A stretch of 64,000 nt of DNA from Octopus sinensis (taxonomy: Eukaryota). The stretch's first letter is position 1; each line of letters begins with the position of its first letter. Below the pieces are notes generated by a model. That model did no database searches. It was not told where the DNA came from and saw nothing but the letters and a program-made list of their open reading frames with translations. This document shows, in pieces, positions 14,274 to 28,982 of this stretch. The stretch spans positions 24,242,001 through 24,306,000 of the forward strand of contig NC_043020.1 in NCBI RefSeq assembly GCF_006345805.1, read 5' to 3'. Made by a program: the position numbers and the translations under genes.

Positions 14274-14672
14274 AATCTATCTGTCTATATGTCTATCTGT
14301 CTATCTGTCTGTATATTTATCTATCCATCCATCCCAATGTCTATATCTCTTATTACTTTCACTGCACAAATCAGTGAGGTATTACTAATATCTTATCACA
14401 ACAGAAAGATAGACAGTTATTTAAAGCTAACTATATTATTTCAGATAATAACAGATTTTACTTTCTTTCTCTCCAAGCAAACCATCGCAGAATGATGTCG
14501 TAACGGACCAACACAAAAGAACCGTGTGAACACAATCCAAATCTTACATAAATATATATATACCTCTATATGTACATATCTGTGTATTGGGGCCCCCCTT
14601 CTCTCTACGCACACACATACGTGTGTGTGGAGGGCAGAAAGATTTTGTGTGTATCTCACGCACTCACTCACT

Positions 14673-14745
<73 letters not shown>

Positions 14746-15135
14746 CGTGTGTGTGCCTGTATATATGTATATATATACGCACAGATATGACTGCAACATT
14801 TGCATAAATTTTTCTGAATATATATGAGTTATACATTGTTGCTTATATGTATTTATTGCAGTATATAGAGAGCCAGGTGTGTATGTTTGTGTGTACACAT
14901 CGATTTATTCATGAATCTAATTTTGTGCTTATATATATATATATACACATATATATAGATCTATCCAGTCATAAATTCTTATATCAGTGTGTCTCTCTAA
15001 CTGTATATCTGTCTCAGTCAGTGAAGAAATTTTATATAATTACATCACGTTTTACCTTTCTTTCTATCGATTGCGATTATTTGAGACTCTTGCCATGCAT
15101 ACACATCAATGTATATGTAAGCCTATAGATGTCTG

Positions 15136-15332
15136 CGAGAAAGGAGGTGCTGAAAAGTTCCTGGCTTTAACGACGTCGCAAAAGGCCTGCTTCGATGCCC
15201 AACCATCCCGGTTCTTTGACACAGCTTTGAAAAACTGAAAGGATCCGAGAGGGGAATATGTCGAATAGAATCAAACAGATCCTCCTGTATTTTACTTTTA
15301 CCGGAAGCCAGAAACTCTTCAGCATAACCTCG
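15136..15332 (+). mobile_element. Short mariner-derived non-autonomous element (MITE-like)
   Basis: Imperfect TIRs GGTGCTGAAAAGTTCCTGGCTT and AAGCCAGAAACTCTTCAGCATAACCTCG-TA; internal RGEYVE* resembles a mariner C-terminus. Confidence 0.65.
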
Positions 15333-15370
15333 TATAAACAGACACACACACACACACACACGCACACACA

Positions 15371-15408
<38 letters not shown>

Positions 15409-15443
15409 TATACATACATACATACATACATACATACATACAT

Positions 15444-15474
<31 letters not shown>

Positions 15475-15484
15475 TATATATATA

Positions 15485-15655
15485 TACACGACGAGCTTCT
15501 TTCAGTTTCCGTCAACCAAATCCACTCACAACGCTTTGGTCGGCCCGAGGCTAGAGTAGAAGACACTTGCCAAGGTGCCATGCAGTGGGACTGAACCCGG
15601 AACCACGTTATTCGTAAGCTAGCTACTTACCACACAGTTACTCCTCCGCCTATGT
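15485..15655 (-). mobile_element. SINE family B 5' half
   Basis: Reverse-complement match to the head and core of 21868. Confidence 0.8.
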
Positions 15656-15671
15656 ATATTTGTGTGTGCAA

Positions 15672-15703
<32 letters not shown>

Positions 15704-16056
15704 GTAGCGCACAGCCACTCCTGCGCCGATATATGTATACTAAACTCTGTTACAAAATATCGATTCAGAAATTTTAGCTTTCACTGCATATCTAGATGAT
15801 TATAAACAGATTATGAACACCATAACGTTATATGTAATATTAGTTAGCATACTAGTCATACAGAAAGCCACAATTGTTACTACATATATATATGATGTGT
15901 CTATGTATATCTGAATCTTCTAAGCTACACAGTACACACACCCATACATGCACATGTGTGTATGTGTGTGTGCTTGTATACCATGATTAAAAGAATACGT
16001 CTTTGTATTTAGGTGTATGCACGAACACATTGCTGCAGCTGGTGTGTGTATTTATG

Positions 16057-16108
<52 letters not shown>

Positions 16109-16525
16109 AATAATATATGCTTCTAGGTATGTGCGTGTACATATATATATGTAAAATTTCTATCTATTCGATTTAGCTATATATATGTATTATATATATA
16201 TATATATATATTATATATTATATATATATATATATATATTACACATATATATACATAAATGTACATATATATATATACATACATTTATATACATATATGT
16301 ATACACACACACACATATATATTCAGCTTGTCTGTTCGCCAGTCTGTCTGATGATCTGCAGCTATCTTCAATAAAACCATACTTTATACACTGGAACCAT
16401 ATCTGTATATACTCAGCTATGTTTACGTAGATGCATGCGAACGTACATTTCTATATATATATATACCTACATAAATGCATATTGCACAACCATTCAGAAA
16501 CGCTAACACGAGTGTAGGTATATAT

Positions 16526-16558
<33 letters not shown>

Positions 16559-16877
16559 TATAATCTATATATATATATATATATATATATATTATCTATG
16601 TATGTATGATATATTCGCGTGGTATTTGTATGGAGAGAAACCATTAAGCATTCCTTGGCAAGGAATTTCTTGGCCGAGAAACTATTTCACTGTTGGAAGC
16701 CTAACAGGTCACGTGTTGTGAGCAATTGCAATATTCTTACGGACAGTGGTTACTGCATTAGCTGAACAATTAAGGCACGCCTCGACTACTTTTACAGGCA
16801 CCCAACCCCGCACTCAACACTCAGAACTTATTGCTAATGTGTATGTTGACATGGACAGATTATATATATATACATAC

Positions 16878-16933
<56 letters not shown>

Positions 16934-16994
16934 TCCCAAACAACGACATATAGACTTACAAGTATTTTATATACACACACGAATGTTTTGTTGC

Positions 16995-17028
<34 letters not shown>

Positions 17029-17230
17029 CAACATGCGTTTACCTGTATTAAAATTCAAATATATATATATATACAAACAAACGCACACACACATATATAT
17101 GTAACAATTAAACAAACATTATATCAGAATACATATTTAAAGTGCTTATGTATGTATATATAAATATATGTTTATATATATATATATATATATATCTATA
17201 TATATATGCGTGTGTTTATATATGTGTGCA

Positions 17231-17278
<48 letters not shown>

Positions 17279-17870
17279 CGTATGTACGTACATATAGATT
17301 GTTCAAACATATCAAAATGTATATTAAGGTGTGTATGTATGTCTGTACACACACAGACGCGCACACACGCACGCACGCACGCACGCAAAGGGGAAAATGG
17401 CAGACAGGCTGTATGAGGTGGGTGGGAGAATAAAGGAAAATCTTTGCAAGTTCTGAAGAAACAAAAATACATAAAAGGAAACCTGTCACTAATGCTTTCA
17501 AACACACAATAACTATATATAGATGACTATATAATATATATTAACACAGGAGTCTCCACCGCTATACACTCGCATCTATAAACATACATATAAAAGATAT
17601 TATAGTTTCCACTGTCTTGTTATATGTGATAACTATGTACGCCTCGTTTACTCCGTTGCCATCCAATTCGCTGCTCTTCTTTTCTCTTGTATTTAACTTT
17701 TAATACACACACAACCCATTTCTCTCCTGCCAGATTACCTCTCTGCTATAGGACCTTTTAAGTGTTCCATATACATAATTTCATTCTTGTGCACGACTGG
17801 CCAAATTTTCGCTCGCCCATTGTAAATGTACAATCTATGTACGTACGTAGGCTCAAACACACGCAACACA

Positions 17871-17911
<41 letters not shown>

Positions 17912-19307
17912 TTTGTGTAAGTCTTTTGTATTTAATTTTGTTGCTTTGTCACTTTTTCTTCGTAAATCTTTGTCTGATTGGTTAGAACACAGATGGGAGA
18001 TTGGTTTGTGTATTCACCATTATCTTGTATCTGCTTGCTTTCATTATGCTCTCTATTTCTCTGTTCGCCTGTCTTCCTGTTCAGTCATTCACATACACAT
18101 CCTCCTAGACACACACACACACACACACACACACACATTAGTTGGTATTCCAGATGTCCCTTATACATACCTGTATTCTTGTATTTTACGTATGAATATC
18201 GAAATACTCATTCACGTTTCGCCACACACACACACACACACACTCTAGTTGGCACTCCAATATAGTTGAAATTTGTTATATTGCTTCTGGCAAAGTAATC
18301 TGTTATTTCTTGCTACATGAACATTTCTACTGCAGTTGCGGCCGACCAGGTTAAACTGTCCTTATCACACGATCATATATCATCATTTTAAAGTTGTTCC
18401 TGTCGTGGCCTTCCCGTACATTTTCTTCCGGTATTTTGTGTTAACCACTACAAAATTAACGCAACATTAACTTAGTGCCACACTCCATCAGATGTGATAA
18501 ACTATTGCAAGGAAAAGATCTCTGCACCGTTTTTACCTCGACGGACGCTTTCTTTGAATATTTCATTCTACAACTGCTTCCACGCATTGGATCGTGGCCA
18601 TTCTGCAGATTCACATAATGGCTGTCCTCCAAAGACCACCATGCTGGTGTACATTGGGCCATACTGGGATCTTGTCGTCGATTATATCAACACCCAGGGA
18701 AGGCGCGATGTCTAGTGGTTAGTATGTTTCATTCACGATCGCTGGAGCATGGGTTCGAGTCCCAGCCAGGACAACGCGTTGTGTTCTTGAGTAAAACACT
18801 CCATTTCATATTGTTCCAGTCCATTCCGGTCTAAACGGGTGACCATGTGACGGAATAGCTTTCCGATCAGCGACAGAATAACTTTCCGAATGTTGGAGTA
18901 CTCCCCTAGCCAGCGGGGTGGAGTCATTCGAGAACCAAAACATTGCAAAACGCATTGTGACCAGCGTTGTATAACAGATGATAGACTGGTCGGTACCGTG
19001 TTATCAATCCCTGTCCTTACTTGATAGTTACGTATTGTTCTTTGTTCCGTTATTACTAATTCTCGTTGTTGACGCCTATAATCTACTTTTTCTCTTTTAG
19101 AAATTAAACAGATCAAAGATTTTTTTCTTTACTGCTATAAGCAAAGGTAGAGAGGCGCATGGGTCGCTGTGTCGTCAAGAAACTCACTTTCCAACACTAT
19201 TGCTTCGAGTTAACAGTGCGGCACCTTGAGCAAATGTTTTCTGCAACAGTCCCAGGCAGATCAATGCCTTGCGAGTGTATTTGGGAGACAGGAACTTTGG
19301 AAGCCTG

Positions 19308-19354
<47 letters not shown>

Positions 19355-19544
19355 AGAGAGAGAATGTGTGTGTACAGATAAATGAGATATTTAGATACTT
19401 TGTTGTTTTATTTTCACACCAACTCCAAAATTAAGCACATTTAGCCAAAATGAATTCCGTTGAATTTTATTCGATGTTTTAAAATACGTTTAATATTCTT
19501 TTATTTGGCTACGGCTATACTGGAGCACACCTATATATGAAAAG

Positions 19545-19775
19545 TTACTTCGCGAGTCATATAAACTTAAGGGATCGGTTCCCCGCTTTCCATGATGTGC
19601 ATATTCCTCACATGGACGGGACGCTAGTCCATCGCAGGATTACTCATTTTTGACAGCTGAGTGGACTGGGGCAATATAAAGTGAAGTGTTTTGCTCAAGA
19701 GCACAAAGTCTCACCCGGTCCAGGAACTGAAACCACAATCTTTCAATCAAGACTGCAAATCCTTAGCCACTGAGA
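19545..19775 (-). mobile_element. SINE related to family C with a different 3' end
   Basis: Shares GAAGTG...TTGCTCAAGAGCAC and CCTTAGCCACTGAG with family C. Confidence 0.55.
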
Positions 19776-19972
19776 TAAGCGGAAACACAACCACATACTC
19801 ACGCGTACGCGCGCACATAGTTGTATATTATGCATGTATATGTATATATATATATATATTACCTTTACACGAAATATATATAAAAGAATATATATATGCT
19901 TGTGTTTATGTGAGTATACGATTATCGCATTAAAGCAGATATAAAACGACCTCTTAAAAAGCAACTATCTCT

Positions 19973-20009
<37 letters not shown>

Positions 20010-20090
20010 ATATACATATATATATACATATAATATATATATATATATACACATACATATATATATATATATATACATACATATATCTAT

Positions 20091-20134
<44 letters not shown>

Positions 20135-21011
20135 TATATATGATATAATACATAACAACATATGCATACATATATGCATATATATTATATATATATGGTT
20201 CATTAAACACATAATATATATATACATACATACACACACACGCACACACACACATACACACACACACACGCACACACACACACACACAGACACATACACA
20301 TATATATACTTGCTAATAAATTCAGCAACCGAACACAGACCTTCATCGAGTCATTCATTCATTCCTTTACACTATATCGACTTTATTGATGCATGTAAAA
20401 CGGCGGAAAGTACGTATATAGACAATATCAGCCCAGCAAGGTGTAACTCGAAATTATTAGAGACGCACACATGAAGGGAAGACCGAAAAAAATCACACAC
20501 ACACACACACACACACACATACAAAGATATATAAATGCATACTTCGATGCAGACATATGCAAAAACACAAACACACACACCTATATATGAACGTGTAAAG
20601 TATGTAAATTCGTACAGTTATAGAGAGACACACTCGCAAACCCGTATAAAGAATTAGTTCTCTAGTGGGACTTCAATTAATGGTCGGTTAATGTAAAACA
20701 AAGGAATACACACACACACACTCACCTACACACACACACGCATATGTATATTTTTGTTTATGCTTCTGTAAGTGGATGTTTGTTGGTATATACACGTGTG
20801 TGTGTGTGTGTGTGTGTGTGTATGTTGATATGCATTCTACATCAAGCCTATGCAACATATATAACTAGGAACACATATGTGTATGCGTGTATATAGGCAT
20901 AAACATCCATATGTCTGTTTAGTGTGTATAAATTTGTGCTTGAGTGCGTAGAGAAATATACACACATTTTTATATTGTTATGCGTACATATATTGTTATG
21001 CATATACATTA

Positions 21012-21048
<37 letters not shown>

Positions 21049-21867
21049 GTTTCCAATATGCGTAGCATTAGCGTAAGAGTATGTACACACAAACTTGTGT
21101 GTGTGTGTATATATATGCATATACACCCGTATCCTGTCACACATACATACAGCAAGACAGTGACGTTGTCTACATTATGTAAGACAGAGATGAAGCTATA
21201 AAAATTAGTTCTTTCTCTGCTGGGACTTCATTTAATGGTCAGTCAACGTAAAACAATGGCCTCAACACATTGTTGTATTATATAAATGCGTGTGTGTGTC
21301 TGACTACCAGCATGTGTGTATATGTTCTTGTGTGCGCCTACCTGTATACATATATACGTGCGTGTGTCTGTATGCGTATATATATGTACTTAATATATAT
21401 CTATATGCCTACATATATATAACATACGCGTAAGTATTCCTGTGTGTAAGTATATTTATTCATACACGTAGGTATGTACATATATAGTTGTAAATATGTG
21501 TGTTTAGGATATGTATATATATACACGCACACTTAATATTTAAGCTTAATTATACATACCTATCTATCTCTCTGTCCTATATTTATGTATACTTTGATAA
21601 ACTATGTACATTGAAATAATTGACCTAATGCGATACCTCTAGACATTCGCGAAACCCAGCAATGACTGAGACACATCTTTTTTTTCAGACACTCATTTGC
21701 ACAAAATTGATATATACACTCGTATACACACGCGAACACGACCTCATATACATCTCTCGTTTTGCAAAATACAGAAAGAAACTCTCAGTACATGATGATA
21801 AAGATTAATTAGTCGTCAAACGCAGATTAGTGAAACTGTAGAGTTTGTTAAAAATATTTTACATATA

Positions 21868-22276
21868 GGCGTAGGAGTAGCTGTGTGGTAAGTAGCTTGC
21901 TTACGAACCAGATGGCTCCGGGTTCAGTCCCACTGCGTGACACCTTCGGCAAGTGTCTTCTACTATAGCCTCGGGCCGACCAAAGCCTTATGAGTGAATT
22001 TGGTAAACGGAAAGTGAAAGAAGCCCGTCATATATATATATATATATATATGTGTGTGTATATATTTCCGTGTTTGTGCTTGTTCCCCCAACATCACTTG
22101 ACAACCGATGCTGGTGTGTTTACGTTCCCGTACTTAGCGGTTCGGCAAAATAGACCGATATAATAAGTACTAGGCTTACAAAGAATAAGTCCTGGGGTCG
22201 ATTTGTTCGACTAAAGGCGGTGCTCCAGCATGGCCACAGTCAAATGACTGAAACAGGTAAAAGAGTAAAAAGAGTA
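21868..22276 (+). mobile_element. tRNA-derived SINE, family B (full length, internal AT/GT microsatellite)
   Basis: GGCGTAGGAGTAGCTGTGTGGTAAG head, GGGTTCAGTCCC B box, GGCAAGTGTCTTCTACTATAGCC core, GGCGGTGCTCCAGCATGGCC 3' part, (AAGAGTA) tail. Confidence 0.88.
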
Positions 22277-22309
22277 TAATATAATTTAATTTCAGTATGC
22301 AGACAGATT

Positions 22310-22495
22310 AAGGTGGCGAGATGGCAGAAACGTGACTACGCCGAACAAAATGCTTTGCGACATTTCGGCCGTCTTCATTTTCTAAGTTCATCCTTTCGGG
22401 GTCGATAAAATAAGCACTAGCTGAGCGCTGAGGTCGAGGTAATCGACTTACCCTATCCTACAAAATTGCTGGCTTCGCGCCAAAATGTGAAACCG
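22310..22495 (+). mobile_element. SINE family A copy (diverged)
   Basis: GGTGGCGAGATGGCAGAAAC head; CATCCTTTCGGGGTCGATAAAA. Confidence 0.7.
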
Positions 22496-22751
22496 ATATT
22501 TAGACAGATTAAATAAAGCTTCCCAACCACCGTGATTCATTGCTATTAGCATATATCCGAATCACGATGTTTGATCACCTGATGATTATATATATATATA
22601 TATATAAGAAAGTTGGTTTGTGAAAGCACGTGGGTGAATATATAGAAAATAGTAAAGAGTGAAAGAGTGAAAAAACGACAGAAGGCTCAAGTGTTAAAAA
22701 ATATTAGAAAATTTTTTTAAAAATTTTTTTCTCTTATAATGACATATAATG

Positions 22752-22808
<57 letters not shown>

Positions 22809-22870
22809 ATGGCGGTGCCCCAGCATGGCCACAGCTCATTAGCTGAAACTGGAAAAATCAAAATCAAAAT

Positions 22871-22905
<35 letters not shown>

Positions 22906-23256
22906 TAATTAATATATATATATATATATATATTATATATAGATATATATAATATATATATATATATATGTATTATATATATATATATATATAATATTGT
23001 GTGTGTGTGTGTGTTGAAAAAAGATTAGAGATCTACACAAATACAATTTTTATATATGAATGTTCTTCTTAACCCCCAGAAAGAAGATAACCTGTGCTTA
23101 TAAATATAAAAATAAATTTTTACTGATACTTGATGTGATACATGGAAACCGGTAGTATCTTCTTAATATAATTTTTAAAATCATTTTTATTAAATTCCCC
23201 CTTAAATTGAAATGTCTTAGATTTACTTCTGTGCTATTCCCACCTACATATAAAGT

Positions 23257-23590
23257 GTAAAGACCTCACTTCGGTCACGAATGACCTTCGGATTGCAGCT
23301 AGAAAGTTTCTTTCAGAAGCACAAGTCTAGGTAAGTTTGTTTGTGAAAGACTAACGGTTGCCCAAGTAAACCAACCCCACCTCTTCACGCCATCGATGCC
23401 ATGCAAAGTAAAGGGCAAAGGGGCCGATACAGATTGGCACCGGTGATGTCGCAACTCATTTCTTCAGATGAGTGAACTGAAGCAACATGAAGTAAAGTGT
23501 CTTGCTCAAGAACACAACATATAGCCCGGTCCGAAAATCAGACTCACAACCTCAAGATTATAAGACCGACACTCTAAGCACTGAGACATG
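23257..23590 (-). mobile_element. SINE family C copy
   Basis: Same motifs as 1325-1630. Confidence 0.75.
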
Positions 23591-23815
23591 TGTTTTCACA
23601 TACACACACAATCGTACATTGATAAAAATAACAAAGCTGATACACAAGTCTTTCGTCTTTATACGCAACAGACAAATATAGGAACATAGGACGTGACGTC
23701 CTCAACACATCTCTATTCATCAATTTGCGCGCGCGGGCGCGAACATACGCACGTACACAAACACACACATACACAATGCACATTTTTATAGTTTTAGTGT
23801 ATTTTTGTAACTTAC

Positions 23816-23930
23816 AATTGCCGTCTTGTTTGATGATGTAGATTTGGTCTACGGAAGCCCGGAGCACTTCACCATAGCGAAACGTATCTTTGTACCGCAT
23901 TGTACCGTTAGCTATATGGGCTCCCATAAC
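23816..23930 (-). CDS. Exon of fasciclin-1-like gene (middle of FAS1 domain)
   Basis: Acceptor ATTATTTCAG, 115 nt VMGAHIANGTMRYKDTFRYGEVLRASVDQIYIIKQDGN + T, donor T|GTAAGT. Phase 0 start matches the previous exon; phase 1 end joins the TG of the next exon to give Leu. Confidence 0.85.
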
Positions 23931-24643
23931 CTGAAATAATAAACAGTAAGTACATATTTTTTAAAAAAGGAAAATACAAATGGTAGTCAGAACTCTTTCT
24001 CTCCCTCTCTCTCTCTCTCTCACACACACACGCAAGGAAATACCTAAATAATAACGTATAAAAATATATACACACTTGTACATACAAGCTCTCTCTCTCT
24101 TTTTCATTCTCTCGCTCTCTCTCTCTCTCTCTCTACCAAGTCAAAATATGTTTGGGACAAAATTCGAACCCGTAAAAAAGCGATCCACTGCATTTTGTTA
24201 TGGAGAAAATATTTGGCTGTAAACAAATAAGTGCAAATATACCGAGTCAGGCGACAACTTTCCCTAACTAGAGTGTTGGATGCATACATTTCGGAGTGGT
24301 TATCTCCTCCTCAGCGGCAGACGCCGTAAAGTTAGGCGCTGCAAACTAACACGAGAGACAGCTCCTCCATACGATATTGCCGTCAACGTTCAATGAATGT
24401 TTGCGTTACACATTCATCCATCCACCTCCTCTTTCCACAATTCCTGTAGGGTCGTGGGAGTCGATCTCTCAGGGATCTCCTCCATATGGTCCGATAAAAT
24501 TTTAGACCCAGGCCAGAAATTTCGTTGGAAGGGCTAAGTCGATTACATTAGCTCCAGTGACAACCAGTGTCGGTGTGTTCACGACCGGTACATAGTCATT
24601 CGGCCAAAGAGATCGATAGAATGATTACTGGGGTCGATTTGTC

Positions 24644-24709
<66 letters not shown>

Positions 24710-24788
24710 GTGAATTATGGTTGTTATATATTTTATTATTTTTATTATGTTTATTGCAATTACTCGCTATTGTACATTCTCATATATA

Positions 24789-24833
<45 letters not shown>

Positions 24834-24844
24834 TGTATGGTGTA

Positions 24845-25005
24845 TGACGGGTTTCTTTCAGGTTCCGTCTACCAAATCCACTCACAAGTCTTTGATCAGC
24901 CAAGGATCATAGTAGAAGACCCTTGCCCAAAATGTCACAGTATGGGGCTGAACCCGGAACCAAGTGGGAGAAAGCAAACTTCTTACCACACAGCCACGCC
25001 AGAGC
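24845..25005 (-). mobile_element. SINE family B 5' half (diverged)
   Basis: TTCTTTCAGGTTCCGTCTACCAAATCCACTCACA...CTGAACCCGGAACC. Confidence 0.75.
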
Positions 25006-26199
25006 GCCTTCATAAACATAGAATGACCCGCTCACGCATGTATTCAATTGATACCCACGCACACACACGTCGACGCCATCGTCACCATACACGTCGACGT
25101 CATCGTCATCATATGTACCCTAAGAACATATATAGATGTTAGTGCATGTGTGTTTGTGTATATGTGTGGAGAGAGAGAGCGAGAAAGAGAAGGGGAGAGG
25201 GACGAAAGAGTCTCTGTAGAGGATAGAGTTCCGTCAATTGGCCAATTATCCAATTCCAATGTCAGCCGGTGTAAATACTGTCAATGTATGTTGTCATAGA
25301 AATTGCTACAACAACAACAACAACTACAACGATGTTGTTGCTGTTGTTGTTGTTGTGGCCTGTCACACACAAATGGTGGCCTTGTTTTACATGTGGGAAA
25401 TAGCTGGCTTTTCAATTGCTTTTCGAAATTACATCAACCGACACACATTCTTTTGTGTGTGTGTGTTGCTGAGTACTGATTAAAAAAAATCTGTTATCAA
25501 GGGCATTCCGTCCATGACCATCCTGCATTTTTATACATCAGGTACCGTAAATTCCACGGTGTTTTAAGACGATGAAGTGTGATTTGAACGAGCATTTGGC
25601 TGCTATTCCTTGCAGTGTGTATGTGTTTGTGGGTGGGGTTTAAGTGGCCACATAGAGGATAACTCGTTGGTAGTTCTCTCTTTGGGTTTTGCATCTTGAG
25701 AAGTTCGTACAGGTATGACTATGTGTATGTTGTGTTTGTGTGTATGAGAGAGAAACTAAAACACCTGGAAGGGAAACAGTTGGGTATATAATCACTGGAA
25801 TTGTTTCCTTTGTAATAATGGGGCTTTTTTGCTTGTAACTGCCATCTTGTTCAGCCATTGATATTTACAGGAAACAACATCTATAGACAGAGAAATAGTT
25901 TATTTGGGTTTTTTTCAGTCACTGGGCTGCGGCCATACTGTGGCATCGCCCACCTTGCAAACGTTTTAGTCGGACAAATCAACATCAATGCTTCTTTTTC
26001 CCATTTTTTTTAACGTCTGCTACAACTTGTCCTGTCGTTCTTTCTTTCCGAACTGCGAATTTTGCGGGTCACGTAAACAAACCAATACCAGTTATCCAGC
26101 GGTGGTCTGAGACAAGCACGCACGCACGCACACACACACACACGCACATACTCACACACCCACACACGCCCACACTCACACACACACATACACATTTAC

Positions 26200-26340
26200 A
26201 GGTAGTTAGGAAGCTCGCCTTGTGACCACATAGTCCTGGTCAGTGCGTGACATTTTGGGCAAGTGTCTTCTACTATAGCCTCGGACCGACCAACACCTTG
26301 TGAGTGTATTTAGTAGACAGAAACTGAAAGAAGCCCGTCG

Positions 26341-26378
<38 letters not shown>

Positions 26379-26620
26379 TGTGTGTATGTGTGTGTGTGTG
26401 TGTGTGTGTCTTTGTGCTTGTTCCCTCATCACCGCCTGACAATCGGTGTTTTTTGTGTTTATGTCCCTGTAACTTAGCGGTTCGACAAAAGAACTAATAG
26501 AATAAGTTCTAGGCTTTAAAAAAATAAGCCCTGGCGTCGATTTCTTTGACTAAAATCCTTCAAGGTGGTGCTCCAGCATGGCCACAGACAAATGACTGAC
26601 ACAAGTAAAAGAATAAAAGA
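26200..26620 (+). mobile_element. SINE family B copy immediately downstream (in gene orientation) of the 26708 exon donor
   Basis: Same core and 3' part as 21868-22276. Confidence 0.8.
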
Positions 26621-26707
26621 ATATATATATTTCACACACACCGATGTGGCATAAGATTGAATATCACATGCGAGTTGTAAGTACAAGAAAACCAATCTTC
26701 GTCTCAC

Positions 26708-26861
26708 CTGTCGTATTAAATCGCCATTCATGAGTCTGTTTGCTTTGTCGTCTGGAATTTTCAAAAACGCTTTGTTGCTTGGTACAAAGACTGTCAAATG
26801 TTCCGAATCTAAACTGAGGAATTCTTTCATATTGGCACGATTCATTGCAGATTGTGCTAAA
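26708..26861 (-). CDS. Exon of fasciclin-1-like (FAS1 domain) gene; start of the first FAS1 domain visible in the window
   Basis: Minus strand: acceptor GTTTTGTTTCCATTTTCAG, 154 nt = 1 + 51 codons LAQSAMNRANMKEFLSLDSEHLTVFVPSNKAFLKIPDDKANRLMNGDLIRQ, donor CAG|GTGAG. TVFVPSNKAF matches the FAS1 H1 motif (TvFaPtneAF). Confidence 0.92.
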
Positions 26862-28039
26862 CTGAAAATGGAAACAAAACAAATGTCATTATATTATATT
26901 CCCTTCGTTTTAAGCGTTAAACTACATCTGTTAAAGATTTCACCTCCTCTCTTGTCTTCGTTTTGAGCTCATTGCCTACATATATAATATATATTCACAA
27001 ACACACGTGTTTCTTCTTATAGGTATAATTCAATATTTTGCCTTTACTTACGATGTTTTACATTAAAGATGCATTCATTAGACAGAGTTAGAACAAAATA
27101 TATTCAGATATACACACGCATGCAAATAGGTATAATAAATTTTCAATGAAAAATTGCGAATCTAATTTCCTTTCGATCACAGACAGATCGAAGGTTAATT
27201 AGCCAAACAAATAGAGAACACGATATAGCTGAGATAGTGTTGATACTAACTGGGTGGTGATCGGGTACAATGACTGTTACAATAAAAACTTTGTAGAAAA
27301 ATGTTTAGAACAATAGAGATAATAACCACTAATATGTTGGTCGTAAGAATGATGATGATGGCCGTGATAATTGTGATGATAATGATGATGGTAGTGATGA
27401 AAATGAGAATGGTGGCGGTGATGGGGGAAAAGATAGAGAAATTTATGTTAAAGAATGCCCCCAATCCATCACTATCATTTTCCTCAATATCCTTTTTTTC
27501 ACTGTAATTTCAAAATATTACCATCCCATAACGCCCTCAGTTATCTATCCCTGACGCATCTTTGGACGAAACAAAGCGAATTTTGTTGGACTCACTGACA
27601 TAATAAGCATTAATATTTAGTCATGATATTCTATTCTAAGTGGTTTCGCCATGTTAACAACGAAACCCTGGATTTATTTACATGCAGCTATATATGTATG
27701 TTTCGTTTTTGGATTTGGTTTGCAAGATTCTTTATGTGAGTTCGTGTGTTGAAGCATATTCTGTTGTGTCTGGGGAGTGTCATTCTCTTTTAGTGCCTTA
27801 TAATTTAACACATTCACCGGTAAAATTTCCACTTCTTTTTTTTTTAAATTTTTCTAAAATTTTCGTTGCGTCTTGCAACCTTTTCAACAGTTTTGACTCC
27901 AAACTATTGAAAAGGTCATGATTTATTTATAGGCTGTGAGTATTGAGAGGTAGGACGAAAGCGTTATTAAGCATAGCGACAACACTGTCGCGTAATCTAC
28001 ACTCTTGCACGATCTGTGGTCTGGTTTGCTACACACAGA

Positions 28040-28241
28040 GGGGCTACACACAGAGGGGACAAACAAGGACAGACAAACGGATTAAGTCGATTATATCGAC
28101 CCCAGTGCGTAACTGGTACTTATTTAATTGACCCCGAAAGGATGAAAGGCAAAGTTGACCTCGGCGAAATTTGAACTCAGAACGTATCGTCAGACGAAAT
28201 GCTGCTAAGCATATCGTTAACGTTTCTGCCACCTCGCTGCC
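28040..28241 (-). mobile_element. SINE family A copy
   Basis: Reverse-complement match to 28983-29191. Confidence 0.85.
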
Positions 28242-28912
28242 TTTTGACATAGAACCCTTGTCCTCTTTTCAAACACTACCTCCACCTGAATTTAATTCAG
28301 GTAGTTTTTCACCTTTTCGCTTCTTCCTTCCTATTTTTGCCGGCGGCACGAAAATTGTACCCAGTGAACCCTGTGAAGAGGCTGCTGTTAGGAAACTACA
28401 TAAACTATACCAAAGCAGACACTGGGGATGCAACGCAGCCCTGTGGCCCATGAGACCCTGTAGAATCCTTAAACTTATTCTAAAATACACACATACACCT
28501 ATACATACACACGCAAACAACACACACACACACACAAACACACACACGCGCACACACACACACACACATGATATTACAAAATGAGCTTTGACCGGGATTT
28601 TCGCTTGAGATTCGTCGAATGGTCTCCAGAGAACTGTTGGCTTCGATAAGCTGTTAGATGAAACTTGATGTTTGAGTCAAAGTTAATTCTGCAATGAATT
28701 TATATCTCCGCTATTAATATTGGGTTCCCCTCGTCAGAAGAGTTTCCGTTCCTTCAAATGAACCTCCATTAAACTGACAAACTCAAAAATCTCCCCATCC
28801 CCGGCCACCACATTAGTATCTCTTTCTTTGTTTCTCTCGCTCCCTCTACGTAAAAGTACATACACACACACACACACACGCACACACACACGCACACACA
28901 CACACGCACACA

Positions 28913-28960
<48 letters not shown>

Positions 28961-28982
28961 CACGCACACACACACACACAGA

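Noticed and set aside
18280-18480. Possible decayed RTE 3' end (TGRPRQ...LTWSAA) on the minus strand
   Set aside because: Multiple stops and too short a match to separate from chance.
21868-21950. tRNA gene calls for SINE heads
   Set aside because: A/B-box-like motifs are present, but there is no full cloverleaf and the heads run into SINE bodies.
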